Shown here: piece after piece, positions 24,301-47,944 of the stretch
Numbering within the stretch: position 1 is the first letter of the stretch
How the letters are laid out: every line of letters starts with the position of its first letter
Assembly (NCBI RefSeq): GCF_048593235.1
Contig: NC_133620.1
Coordinates: forward strand, 295,321,765-295,385,764
From: Sminthopsis crassicaudata
Lineage: Eukaryota
DNA: 64,000 bases
Direction of reading: 5' to 3'
Notes under the pieces: model-generated
The model's input: only the letters and a program-made list of their open reading frames with translations
Databases searched by the model: none
What the model was told of the DNA's origin: nothing
Made by a program: the position numbers and the translations under genes

Positions 24301-27232
24301 GCAGCTAGAGTACATTCCTGGCTGTTGCTGGCACTGTTCCATCTCTTACATATGCATTTGCACAAGCTGCCAAAAGTATCCTTTCCTTCTCTTGACCTCT
24401 CAATCCTTTTTTTTTTTTTTTTTTTTTTTTTAATCCTTCCCTTTTCCCTTCTAAATTACTCTTCTCTTTACTTAAATCTGTATATGTTAAATCCTCCCTA
24501 GTAAAATATAAAGTCCTGAAGGGCTTTCTCGTGTATAACTTAACATTTCACACAATAGTTGCGTAATAAATATCAGTTAATTAAATATCCCCAGTGGTGA
24601 GTGAATCAGCTTTTTGTCAAATAGGTAGTTTTTCCCTAAAACAGAAACTCTTAACCTTTTTTGGTGTCATAGACCCCTTTGGAAGTCAGAAATATGTCTG
24701 TCACCTATATTCATAATTGAAGGAAGTGCTATATTTCAGGTAGAGGTTAGTGAAAACAAAAATGTCACATTTTTTTCCCATCCAACTGCTAAAATTTATC
24801 TATGATCTCTGCCTAACTCCTACCTCACATATAGAATCAGAATTATTAATTCTGATGTGATTAGCACAGAAATTCCCAAAGCACTAAAGAAGACAGCAGA
24901 GGCCTGAGATTTATCCCTTATCTGAACAAGAATCTTTAAAAACATAACAAATAATTATTCAGCCTTTACTTGAAAACCTTCGAGGAAGCCCCACTACCTC
25001 CTAGGATATCACACATACACACTCACACTCTCTCTCTTTCCCTTCCTTCCTCCCTCCCTCCCCTACCCCTTCCTGGGGAACAGTGCAGGAAAAGGGAATG
25101 TTGCATTTTTGTTATCAGATTTTTAAAATGTATTTCTTGGATTTGCTGACTTTTTGCTGTCTTCTTCCTCTTATTTTTTGTTTTTTCTTTAAAAATATTT
25201 TTTACTAAATGGATTGACCTAGGAGGGGATTGGGAGGGAGGTGCAGGGGGAAATTTATTAGATTTAAAAACAAAAAAATGACAATCAAAATTTCAGATTA
25301 CTGTATAGTTCAGCTCAAGCCCCACCTTCTAACATGAAAGCCGTTCCCCTCCAAATCATCTTGTATCTATTTTGAATATACCTACTTGTATATGTGTGTG
25401 TGTGTAAAAATTCCTTACAGAGGGATTATTTAACTTTCATCTTTGGATCCCCAGCCCCTGACAGAGTTCCTGGTGGTTGGTGATTGGTAAACAGTTCTTC
25501 ATTGATTGATTACTCAGAGCCTCTTTCTCACTCCTAGAACAGGCTGCTTGCTTGAAGAAATTGCAGGAGCAGGAAAAGCGTCAGAAAGTGGAATTTCGAA
25601 AGCGGGTACGTGTGGCAAGAAAGATAGAAAGTAAATTTTGGGAGGAACTCCTTAAGTTTCAGAATTGGGAGGCTGGGTTGAATTTCTAGGAGAAAAAGAA
25701 CCTTGAAGAACACTGGGTATGAGGAGCAGTAAACCTGGAAGTGTAGCTGGTTCCATTTGAGTGCAGTAGGATGGGAGTGGAAAGGAATACCCTCATCTTA
25801 TGGCTTCTCTCTTGTCCACTTCTTCCCAAGATGGAGAAAGAGGTTTCAGATTTCATCCAGGACAGTGGTCAGACCAAGAGAAAGTTCCAGCCAATGAACA
25901 AGATTGAGAGGAGTATATTGTGAGTGAAGGGGCTGAGAGAATAGGGGTGGAGGTGGAGAAGTGGGGCAGGACACTTGGGGAGGCAGTTATGGTGAGAGAA
26001 TTAGATGTGGAGTCAGAATGCCTGATTCTAGTCACTTGTCAATTTTGTGATCACGGGCAGGTTCCTTTAAGGTTTCACTTCAGTTTCTTCATTTGTCAGG
26101 AGCATCAAATGAGAAATGTGAGATAAATTATAAACAGTAAAACTCTATAAATGTAAGATTATTATTGTGATTATTATTAGAGATTAAGGTAAAGGTGGAA
26201 AGAAATAGCAGAGGGGAAAAGAATCCTTTTGTAGGGGCAAGGGGATGGGAGGAGTGGGGGAAGGGGGTGACAAACCCTCCCAGATCCTCTGCTATTCTCG
26301 CCCTTCCATGCACATTCATTCTCCCTCTTCCTCAACCCAGACATGATGTTGTGGAGGTGGCTGGCCTGACATCGTTCTCTTTTGGGGAGGATGATGAATG
26401 TCGATATGTCATGATCTTTAAGAAGGTGAGAAAGACCTCCTTTTCTTCTCTCCTACTTCTTCAATCTACCATTCCTTTTCTCAGGAGGTCAGGGGACAGG
26501 CCTGTTTGGATCAAGGTGGAACCTTGACACTGATTATATCATGTCCTTTATTCCTAAGGAGTTTGCACCCTCTGATGAAGAGCTCGATTCATACCGCCGT
26601 GGGGAGGAGTGGGATCCACAGCAGGCAGAGGAGAAACGGAGACTTAAGGTAAAATAATTGACTCTGCCAGTTGTAGACTCTCTCCAATCCCTGTTCTCCA
26701 TATGGGATCTAGTTATCAGACTTTTAACCCCAAAATCCACTTCCTCCCACTCTCCCCTTTAGGAGCTAGCCCAGTGGCAGGAGGAAGAAGCTGCCCAGCA
26801 GGGCCCTGTTGTCGTGAGCCCTGTGAGTGACTACAAAGACAAATACAGTCACCTCATTGGGAAAGGGGCCGCCAAGGATGCTGCCCATATGCTACAGGCC
26901 AATAAGACCTATGGCTGTGGTAAGAGGATGGGAAGCGATGGTGGATGGGGTAGATGGGGTGAAGTGAGGGAGAAACAAGGGGAAAAGGAAAGAGATTTGG
27001 AATTAAGGGAAATTTAGGGCTCTGGATAGTTTGGTTTATAAGGGCAGTGATGGCAGGATAGAAAGCTGAGTACTAAGAGAATTCTTAGTCCCTTCACATT
27101 CCTCCTTTGCTCCCATTCCTAGTTCCAGTAGCCAATAAGAGGGACACACGCTCCATTGAGGAGGCCATGAATGAGATCCGTGCCAAGAAACGCCTTCGTC
27201 AGAGTGGAGAGGAAGGGACTCCCAGCTCCTAG
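17833..27232 (+). CDS. SPAG7: Sperm-associated antigen 7 (R3H-domain protein), 7 exons, 227 aa
   Basis: Exons 17833-17917, 25538-25605, 25831-25919, 26341-26425, 26559-26648, 26763-26919, 27123-27232 (684 nt). Translation [32 protein letters not shown]...[40 protein letters not shown]...[27 protein letters not shown]. Confidence 0.97.
20400..20560 (-). mobile_element. MIR-like SINE fragment
   Basis: cctcattttgtagctaag...acttgcccagggtaatagagttag...tttgaac; boundaries approximate. Confidence 0.5.
21093..21122. repeat. Alternating purine-pyrimidine tract (TG)n(CG)n with Z-DNA potential
   Basis: acgtgtgtgtgtgcgcgcgcgcgcgcgcgc read directly. Confidence 0.9.
21855..22115 (-). mobile_element. Older L1 3' UTR fragment
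   Basis: cattcatttttgtaaacc...ccaatttttctcccttccc...ccccaagatagcaagc, similar to the other L1 ends in the window. Confidence 0.5.
23722..23957 (+). mobile_element. 5'-truncated young L1 3' end with A-rich tail
   Basis: Shares cctgccatctgggggagggggtgggggga...gaaaaattacccatg...aataaaa with the copies at 54026-54350 and 56380-56516. TSD GAGTAAATTG at 23712-23721 and 23958-23967. Confidence 0.8.
24650..24790 (+). mobile_element. Old hAT/Charlie-type MITE fragment
   Basis: ctcttaaccttttttggtgtcatagacccctttgg resembles a hAT-Charlie MITE terminus (from memory). Confidence 0.4.
25985..26130 (+). mobile_element. MIR/CORE-SINE fragment
   Basis: gagtcagaatgcctgattctagtcac...cttcagtttcttcatttgtc...aaatgaga. 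Confidence 0.5.
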
Positions 27233-27619
27233 GTCCTTTGTCTTTCTATCTCTTCCCCCTTACAACACCCCTGTGGCTTTGAAAAGGGGGAATGGGGACA
27301 TGAATGAAGTTGCAGGCACTACAATGCTACCTTATCTTGACTTCTGATGACCATGTCAGGGGTTGACTTCTGACCACCACCACCATCCCCAATGGAACCA
27401 TTAAGATGGGGAGATGAGTATGGAGGCTCTCCTCCAGTAATCTGGTCTGAGTGATTTTAGATTTTTTAAATGTTGGGTATATGGGGTACTTGAATGAATG
27501 TCCTTTCAATTTCCCCTAAAAGATGTGACAGAATGTAAGAGTGAATATTTAATCTATATTATCCTCCTTTTTCCTGGGGGTATTTCTCTTCCCTCAAAGC
27601 TAAGGGTAACTTTATGCTC

Positions 27620-27625
27620 AATAAA
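27620..27625 (+). terminator. SPAG7: SPAG7 polyadenylation signal AATAAA
   Basis: AATAAA ~390 nt after the stop codon, followed by GT-rich tgtgctgttt. Confidence 0.75.
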
Positions 27626-28435
27626 CACCGTTTGACCCCATGTGCTGTTTCGTGCATGGGGCAAACCACATATCTGAATCCTTGCTGGGAGTGACTTGAG
27701 TATGAAAGAAAGGCAAGGACCCTAAGACAAGGATGTTTGCTTTGGGGAGAGGGTCAGACACTGGAATTAGAATTTTTGGAATTTAAAAAAAAAATCCCTT
27801 TACATTCTCTTGATTTAACCAATGAGAAAAATGGATCCCAGAGAGGTAAAGTTGACTTGCCAAGATCACATGGGGAATTAGTGGCAAGAGCTGAGACTAG
27901 GACCTTCAGGTTATATCCTATATAACTCTTGAAGTCACATTGCTTATTTTGCTCAGGTGATCTTTCTCTGATAGCTATATAAAATACACCTCACTTCTAT
28001 GACCAATAACTTCTCTCAGGGTTTTATCTGTCTTATCCCTCTCCCACTCCCCCCCCCCCCAAGATAGCTTTATATCCTGTCTCCTTCCTATAGCCCAGCC
28101 CAAATTTCCTCTCTGACCAACCTTTGTTTTTTCCTTCTTCCCTGGTGCTCATTTATGCAGGGCTTTGATTTAGGAAGTGATTGCACATTTGTCATCTTAT
28201 TTGATCCTTACAACAGCCCCAGGAGGTGGCTAGTACATATATTATTACTTCCATTTTACAAATGAGGAAGCAGGCTAAGGGGAAGGTCTATATGACCTTC
28301 CTCAAATCTGCTGCCTACAAGTTTATAGTCTTTTTATTCCCTGGTGCTGCTGCTTCCTTTTCAACACATAAGTCTTTTGTTCCTGCTTAGGATCCCAAAC
28401 CATGACACCCTAGACATTCTTGCTGTCCAAAGTAC

Positions 28436-28441
28436 TTTATT
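28436..28441 (-). terminator. ENO3: ENO3 polyadenylation signal AATAAA
   Basis: TTTATT on the + strand, ~65 nt past the ENO3 stop codon. Confidence 0.8.
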
Positions 28442-28505
28442 GAAAGGAGTGATGGAGATAATGATGGACTCAAATGCCTCTGTTGATCAAGGACATTTCT
28501 TCCAT

Positions 28506-33483
<4,978 letters not shown>

Positions 33484-33604
33484 GACTGCAGACTTTTTCA
33501 GTGGGGAAGCTTTTAAAGGACAAAAAAAAAAAAAAAAATCAAAGCCTCCCAAACCTCCCATGCCCTTTAAGTCTTTCCCCAAGCCAGGAAGGCAGGTGCT
33601 GATA

Positions 33605-33614
33605 CTAAAAATAG
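33605..33614. promoter_or_regulatory. ENO3: MEF2 site CTAAAAATAG in ENO3 intron 1
   Basis: Exact match to CTA(A/T)4TAG ~650 bp downstream of the inferred transcription start. A MEF2-dependent intron-1 muscle enhancer is established for human ENO3. Confidence 0.7.
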
Positions 33615-34195
33615 CCTAGAGAAAGGTCATAGAGCAGAGAGGCCCAGCTTTCTTTCCTTACTCAGAACTCCCAACCCCCTACCAATTTATGCTAGAAAAT
33701 ATTTTCTTTTAATTGCCTCTTCCAATCTCTTTCATCTCCCTCCAACCTTCTCAGGCTCTTTCCCTTTATTTCATTTCCATTATCCTGCTACTCTACCCTT
33801 GTCCCCACCTCCAGGTCCTCAATACCATAACTTTTAATTTGCTGAGTTCCTTATACTACTTAGTTTAACCCTTAGTTCTTGCTCTCTCCCAGCCTTGTTT
33901 TTCTCCTCTCTCCTCATCCTATCTTCCCCTCCCCACTCACTTTACTCCACACATTCCTCCTCATCATCCTCATGTCCTTAACTTACCCTGTCTCCCTTTC
34001 CTTTGTCCTATCCTCTCCAAAGCCTTATGTCCTTTAGCCTCTTCCCCCATTCAGCTGTCTGTCCATCCCTTCCAACCTCCTTATTCTCCAGCCTCTCCCC
34101 AACCTATGGCTATGAATTACAACTTAGCATACGGGGTGGGGGAAAGAATCTTGCTCCTGCTCTACCAATCTATAATGGGGCCTGAGAAGTCTCAC

Positions 34196-34260
34196 CACAG
34201 CTGGAGTTCCTTGGGCTAGGTCTTAGGGTACCGATTGCTGCTGGGACAGTGTCGGGCTAT
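34196..34260 (-). other. ENO3: ENO3 non-coding exon 1 (5' end approximate)
   Basis: Minus-strand agcccgacactgtcccagc...ctgtg|gtgaga donor at 34196, splicing to the acceptor at 33485 (2 nt before the ATG). An AT-rich TATA-like taataaat lies ~25 nt upstream. Confidence 0.65.
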
Positions 34261-35859
34261 CACTCCTAAGCCAGGCATTTATTACTGATCCCGCCCCCTC
34301 TGTTTAGCCCCTCCTCTATCTACTCATACCCAGCTTAGTGACTGGCAGCCAACAAATTGCCCACCAAAGGCAAATTCTTAGTCCCCAAGACACTCCTCCA
34401 ACCCCCACAGATGCTGTGCCCTCCCCCAAAAAGTCATTCTCTCAATTTCACCCCCCAAGAAGGGGGCTCAGCTGAAGGGGGGGAGAGGGGAAGAGGGGAA
34501 GGGAGGCGGGCCCAGTGCAGGTATTAAGCCTTTCTCTTACCCATTGCCTGGGTTGAATTTCCAGCAGCAAAGGTTAAAGATGGACCTTTAGGAAAGGGCA
34601 AATGGGTAACCTGAGCCTCTACCCCTTGATGCATAGACTGCTCTGGGGTCTTGGGGGAGGGGAGGCTCTAGCTTCATCCACTTGCTGATAAGATAGCAAT
34701 GTCAGTTGTTGGATTTAAAACTTGAGGAGAATTTGGGAGGGTTGAGGGTCTGGCCCAAAGACCTCAGTATGAACACAGATTTTTGCCATCAATGAAGTAC
34801 AAAAGATGCTCTTTAGATCCTTAAAACTGCTGATCTTCAAGGATCGTTTTCCAAAGAAGAGGAGCCCCGGACTTTCCACACAGTACAAATTTAAAGACAG
34901 ACCTTTGTAGACTTCAGTCTGTCTCTTCCCCTCTCTATTTACCTCTTATTTTATCTCCTCGTTTCTCCATTGAAATCTTATCCTGGGTCCTTGTGTCTTT
35001 GTATTAAATCTCTTTTCTGTCATATGTATGTATGTGTGTGTACATATACATACATATATATATAATTTATAGCATTTCTAAATGTCTTTCTCCACCTGAA
35101 TCTCTTCCTGTCTCCCTCTCTGTCCCTTAGTATTATCTATGTCCATCTGAATCTCCCCAAGTTTAGTTCCAATATAGGCTTACTGAACAACCTAACAGTG
35201 ATGCTGTTGAGATTCCTACATTGGGAAGTTGGACTTTGATAATCTTTGAGGTTCCTTCCAAAATCAAAGACTGTATAATTTGGAATGTACTTGTTCTGCT
35301 GTGCCTCAACAATACTGCCTCTTGAATTTTCATCCTGCCATATCCTAGAGTTCTAGCTTTGTGCCAGAAGACCCAAATTTAAGTTTTGATGCTACCATTT
35401 TTTAAACTTCAGTTTCCTCAACCTTTCTGCTTCGTAAGCTATGGTGCCATGACATACTTAGGGGTCTATTTCTTGGCAACGTTTGTTTTTGTCTCTGAAT
35501 ATTTTTATTAGTTTCCTCTTGTCTATTTCCAAATCTCTCTATTCTTGGCCTCCCTTTATCAAGTTTCTGTCTTCCAGTATTAGTCTGTGCTAGTGCCCAC
35601 TACTTCTGAATCAATCTTTGTAAACATCTCCCGGTCTCTTACTCTTTCTCGAGTCTGTCTTTCGTCCCTCATTCTATCCTTGTACCTCTTTGTGATTGTT
35701 TCGTTCTGCTTCTGAGGCCTTAAATCTTTTAACTTTACCAAATCTGAAGCTTTCAGCCTCCGGTTTCTCTAAAGGAGCCTCTGCCCCTGGGTTTGCTCAA
35801 GGTTCCCTCCCTTATTAGTAGGAAGGAGAGCAGTAAAGCGTGTTTGCAGGAGAAAAAGC

Positions 35860-40114
<4,255 letters not shown>

Positions 40115-40370
40115 CCCTCCCTGCCCTCCCCTTCCCAAGGCTTCTGCACCATTTCCCTCACCATTGTTTTTTTGGGCCATTCCCCCACCCACTTGTTGCT
40201 GCCAAAACTATACCTGGGGGGGGGCCAGGTTGGACAGACAGGCGCCCCTCCCCCCCTTTCTTTTGAACCTCCTTCCTGTGTGTAGTAGGGAAGACTTTTT
40301 TTTTTTTTTTTTTTTTTTTGAAAAAAAAATTGTTTTTTTTTTTTTTTCTGGAAACTTATATTGGAATATG

Positions 40371-40392
40371 AATAAAAGATTCTACTAATAAA
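40371..40392 (+). terminator. PFN1: PFN1 tandem polyadenylation signals (AATAAA at 40371-40376 and 40387-40392)
   Basis: Two AATAAA hexamers followed by GT-rich ggtgtgtgtg. Confidence 0.85.
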
Positions 40393-40639
40393 GGTGTGTG
40401 TGATGAGGACAGGGAGAGTGCCAGCAGAACTAACACTGACACCTGTGGTTTCCAAGGAAAAAGCAAAACTGCAATCCTTCAAGGTCTCAAGTTTCTTGGG
40501 TATTTGTTATAAAACTTCTTAAGGTGGGTTGGGTGCCTTTTTCCCTTCTGGATGACTGAAGCTTTCTAGTGAGCACTAGGAATTCCTTTTTATCCCTTCC
40601 ACCCAAGAAAGACCCCACCCTACTCCAGAAACAAAGCAA

Positions 40640-40645
40640 TTTTAT
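40640..40645 (-). terminator. RNF167: RNF167 polyadenylation signal AATAAA
   Basis: TTTATT on the + strand, ~85 nt past the stop codon. Confidence 0.8.
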
Positions 40646-40729
40646 TAACCCAACAGTGAAAATCTTTTGCTGTATAAGGGGAAGGACCTGGCCCAGGAAA
40701 TCCCTTAAGGGGGAAGGTGCAAATTCAAG

Positions 40730-44032
<3,303 letters not shown>

Positions 44033-44299
44033 GGTAGCAGCAGCAGCCGCAGGTTGGGGAGGACGGAGTCCTGTAGCCAAAAAGAGAACGGAATTCTGTC
44101 CTTGCGCCTCCGGCCCACCCGGCAAAATATATTCTTCCTCGGCTAATTAGTGTAGTCTTTCACCCAGCCCGAGTTCCCCATGGTACTGGGGAGGAGAGAG
44201 AAGGTGGGAACGAGAGATGACAGTTCTGAACTAGGTAGGGCAGTAAGGGCCTCTAAATCCACTCAAGTTTTGTGGTTTGTAAGTAAAAGGGGGAACCCA

Positions 44300-45170
44300 G
44301 ATGAAAAGAGAAACTTCCGGTAAAGGAAAGAAGCAACAAGGAGCACTTCCGGAATTGAGGGACATCCTCCCAATCCCTTAAAAGGGACTTCCGGTTTTCA
44401 ATATCTGGACCCAGGAGCCATCAAAAGTGGGCTAGCGGTTTAAGGCAGGGAATACGGGCCACAGGGATGTCTACAGATACGAGGAATGCTAGGTGTCCAA
44501 AGAAACCTCCTGCAAAGCGCTTCCCATCCTTCTGGAAAGATTTCCGCTCCCACTGCCCCCAGGAATTCCCAGTTTACAAACCTCTACTCCCTTCCAGGGC
44601 TGCTGGCGTCGCTGCTGCTACCTCAGGTTCATGCAAGTCTCGCGAGATTTTCTCATTTCTCCCAAACTCCAAATACTGAAGATAATTGTCGCGAGACTCT
44701 TTACCGTCACTCCCCGGCTTTCTTGATCTCACGAGATTTCTCCGCTTTCTTTGATTTCCTGGCGCCTCCTTGCAAATAATGCCCATGCGCTATAGTTCGC
44801 ACATTTTCGGTCGTCCTCCCAAGTCTCCACCTCTTCTCTCTCTCCATTTACGCCTTTCTCCAAGAACTTCAAACCCCACCCCACTTCCAACATCATTCTC
44901 CAAGCTCCGCCTCTATTCCTGCCCCTCTTTACTCTGGCTCCATCTTCTTCCCAGTTGCCTCTTTGTGCGCCTGCGTACCAGCTTCCAACTGAAGTGGTGG
45001 TGGGGCTAACACCGGGGCGGAGAAGAAGAGGGGCTGTCTTGAGTAGAAGAGAGAGCCCAGAGAGTGTGAGCTAGGACGCGCGTGCGCGCGTACAGTGTCA
45101 CCTTGGGCGAGTGGGGAGGCACGCGCTCGCAAGTCCCGGGTGCAGCAGGCATTAGTGGAGATGGCGGCGG
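44300..45170. promoter_or_regulatory. Bidirectional RNF167/SLC25A11 CpG-island promoter
   Basis: ACTTCCGG x3 (44313, 44345, 44387); TCTCGCGAGA-type palindromes x3 (44638 exact; 44687 and 44727 with one mismatch); NRF1-like GCGCGTGCGC at 45078; YY1-like GATGGCGGC at the SLC25A11 ATG. Confidence 0.8.
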
Positions 45171-47944
45171 CGGCGGCGGCGACTCCTGGGGGCAGTGAGG
45201 TGGCTTTAAAGCCACGGACGTCCCCCAAGTCCGTCAAGTTCTTATTCGGGGGTCTGGCTGGGTAAGCGTTCTCCTCCCCACACACGTACTAGTCTAGGCT
45301 GAAAGCCGGGGCACTTCTCCGGGAACTGATGGGTCAGCGACTCCAGTTCGGCCTGCGGGTCAGCTCGTACGTCGCTTACAGCCCTTTGCCCCACGCAGCC
45401 CCTACGCTGCACGGCTTCCATTGCACTGCCGCCCCGGACTGCATGGCTCTCCTCCATAGAGCTCCCCTTACACCTTCTCCCCATCTCCGGCCCTCGGGCC
45501 TGCCGGTCCCAGGGTCATTGCAACCGCCGAGTTATCCCCGATTGGAGCGCAACCCCAGCACCTCCAATCTATGGAAAGTTGCGTGAACGCTTAACCCGAA
45601 TTCGGACCTGGGTGGGCTCACGTGGTCCGCCCACTTTTTACGCACGTGTCTCTGCACTGCTGCTCTGAGCACCGGAGGCACTCAGGATGTATGAGGGCCC
45701 GAGGGCCCGGCTCTGAACCCCCTTCTTCCCCCACCTCAGGATGGGGGCCACGGTTTTTGTGCAGCCTCTAGACTTGGTGAAGAACCGAATGCAGCTGAGT
45801 GGGGAAGGGGCCAAGACCCGGGAATACAAGACTAGCTTCCACGCCCTCACCAGTATCCTGAGGACTGAAGGGCTTCGAGGCATCTACACAGGGTAATTCT
45901 AGCACTGGAGACTTGGGAGTTAAGAGTCCTGGCCCTTTGGGGAAACGAAAGGATTGGGAGCTTAAGGCATGACATGGGGACTGGGACTCACATCCTAGCA
46001 GCTGTGTGCCACCATTCCCAGATCTTCCCAATGGAGCAATTGGAATGAAGGGCCAAAAAAAGCGCTTTCCCTTTCCCATGGGGTTTTGAGGCCTGGGGTC
46101 CTGACCTGATTTCTCCTTCCATCAGGCTGTCTGCTGGGCTCCTGCGCCAGGCAACCTACACAACAACTCGACTTGGCATTTACACTGTTCTTTTTGAGCG
46201 CCTGACTGGGGCAGATGGGACACCCCCTGGATTCTTGCTAAAGGCCCTGATTGGCATGACAGCAGGTGCCACAGGAGCTTTTGTGGGAACACCTGCTGAA
46301 GTGGCCCTGATTCGTATGACAGCTGATGGTCGGTGAGTCATGTGCAAGGGTACAGGAAGAACCTAGGACCCCAGTCTCTCTCTAGGGATTAGTGCCCTGG
46401 GAAAAGCAGGGAATTGGCGGTCAGAAGACAAAGGTCTACTTCCATTTTAATTTAGGGCAAGTCAGTTTATTTCTCTGGATTTAGTATAAATTATAAAAGA
46501 AGGGCACTGACATTTTGATTCTCAAGAACTATGGTTCTTTATAATGGAAAGAATTGTCATGCTACTACTTGGTCTTTTCTTTCTTGACTTCTTTACAGAT
46601 CCTCTCTTTCCCTCCTTTCCCATTCTCAACTTCACTCACTCTCTACAGGATGCCATTGGATCAGCGCAGAGGTTACAAGAATGTTTTTGATGCACTCTTA
46701 AGAATTGCCCGGGAAGAGGGGGTCCCCACCCTTTGGAGGGTGAGTGGAATATATTTAATAACTAGGGGAGAAATGCAAGAGGAAGTGAGGGGGGTCCAAA
46801 AGGAGATGAAGGGCTGACATTGTTTTTTCTCTTAATAATAGGGTTGTATCCCTACTATGGCTAGAGCTGTTGTTGTCAATGCTGCCCAGCTTGCTTCCTA
46901 TTCACAGTCTAAACAGTTTCTTTTGGATTCAGGTGAGCACCAGATCTTCCCCACCCACTCAGGTATCTAGTGCCCAATTCTTTCTGCTCCAGCCTTTCCA
47001 AGAATTTAAACGGACACATTTCTTTTTCCTGCTACTATAGGTCACTTCTCTGACAACATCTTCTGTCATTTCTGCGCCAGCATGATCAGTGGACTGGTCA
47101 CCACAGCAGCCTCTATGCCTGTGGACATTGTTAAAACCAGGTAGAATCAGGGTTTCTAAGGCAAAAGGAGAGGGTTGTCTGGGTTTTTACATATATACCT
47201 GTCTTTTTTCTTGATTTTTTTCCTTACCTGTAATATGATAGAATTAAGCTAGAAAATTGTAAAGAGCTCTTCTAGTTCTAAATCCATAATCTTTTTTTTT
47301 TTTTCCCCCCCCTGAGGCTGGGGTTAAGTGACTTGCCCAGGGTCACACAGCTAGGAAGTGTTAAGTGTCTGAGACCAGATTTGAACTCCGGTCCTCCTGA
47401 ATTCAAGGCTGGTGCCTTGAATTCCACTGGGCCACCTAGCTGCCCCCTAAATCCACAATCAAAATGAAAGCTTTGGTCCCATTCCAAGCCACCCACAGCT
47501 CTAACTGATTGGTTATTTATCCCTTCTTGTGCTCACCCAGGATTCAGAATATGCGAATGATCGATGGAAAGCCAGAGTATAAGAATGGACTGGTGAGAAT
47601 TTGGGGAATTGAAGGAAGCAATTCACATATTTCTTCAAAATTTAATAAGCAAATATTATTTAAAATTTTGCCCTGTATTCATCCATCCACCAAGGCCTGG
47701 GAATATTTATACTGGGGTGTTTTGGTTGGAGGCAACAATGTGGGAAGGGAAAGGGTTGGTGTTCTTCTCATTCCCTGTTGCTTCACAGGATGTGCTGGTG
47801 AAGGTCATTCGATATGAAGGATTCTTCAGCCTCTGGAAGGGATTCACCCCATACTATGCCCGACTTGGCCCCCATACTGTTCTCACCTTTATCTTCCTGG
47901 AGCAGATGAACAAAGCCTACAAGAAGCTCTTTCTTAGTGGTTGA
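45161..47944 (+). CDS. SLC25A11: Mitochondrial 2-oxoglutarate/malate carrier, 8 exons, 316 aa
   Basis: Exons 45161-45261, 45740-45892, 46126-46332, 46649-46739, 46842-46932, 47041-47140, 47541-47592, 47789-47944 (951 nt). Shows KPRTSPKSVKFLFGGLAGMGATVFVQPLDLVKNRMQ and three carrier-signature repeats (PLDLVK, PAEVAL, PVDIVK). Confidence 0.98.
47292..47446 (-). mobile_element. WSINE1-like CORE-SINE with poly(A) tail in SLC25A11 intron 6
   Basis: Reverse complement of ggggcagctaggtgg...gagttcaaat...gggcaagtcacttaacccc. 14-bp TSD ctaaatccataatc (47278-47291) vs ctaaatccacaatc (47447-47460). Confidence 0.85.

Noticed and set aside
35022-35066. Self-complementary TATG/CATA tract
   Set aside because: Simple microsatellite symmetry rather than a specific hairpin.
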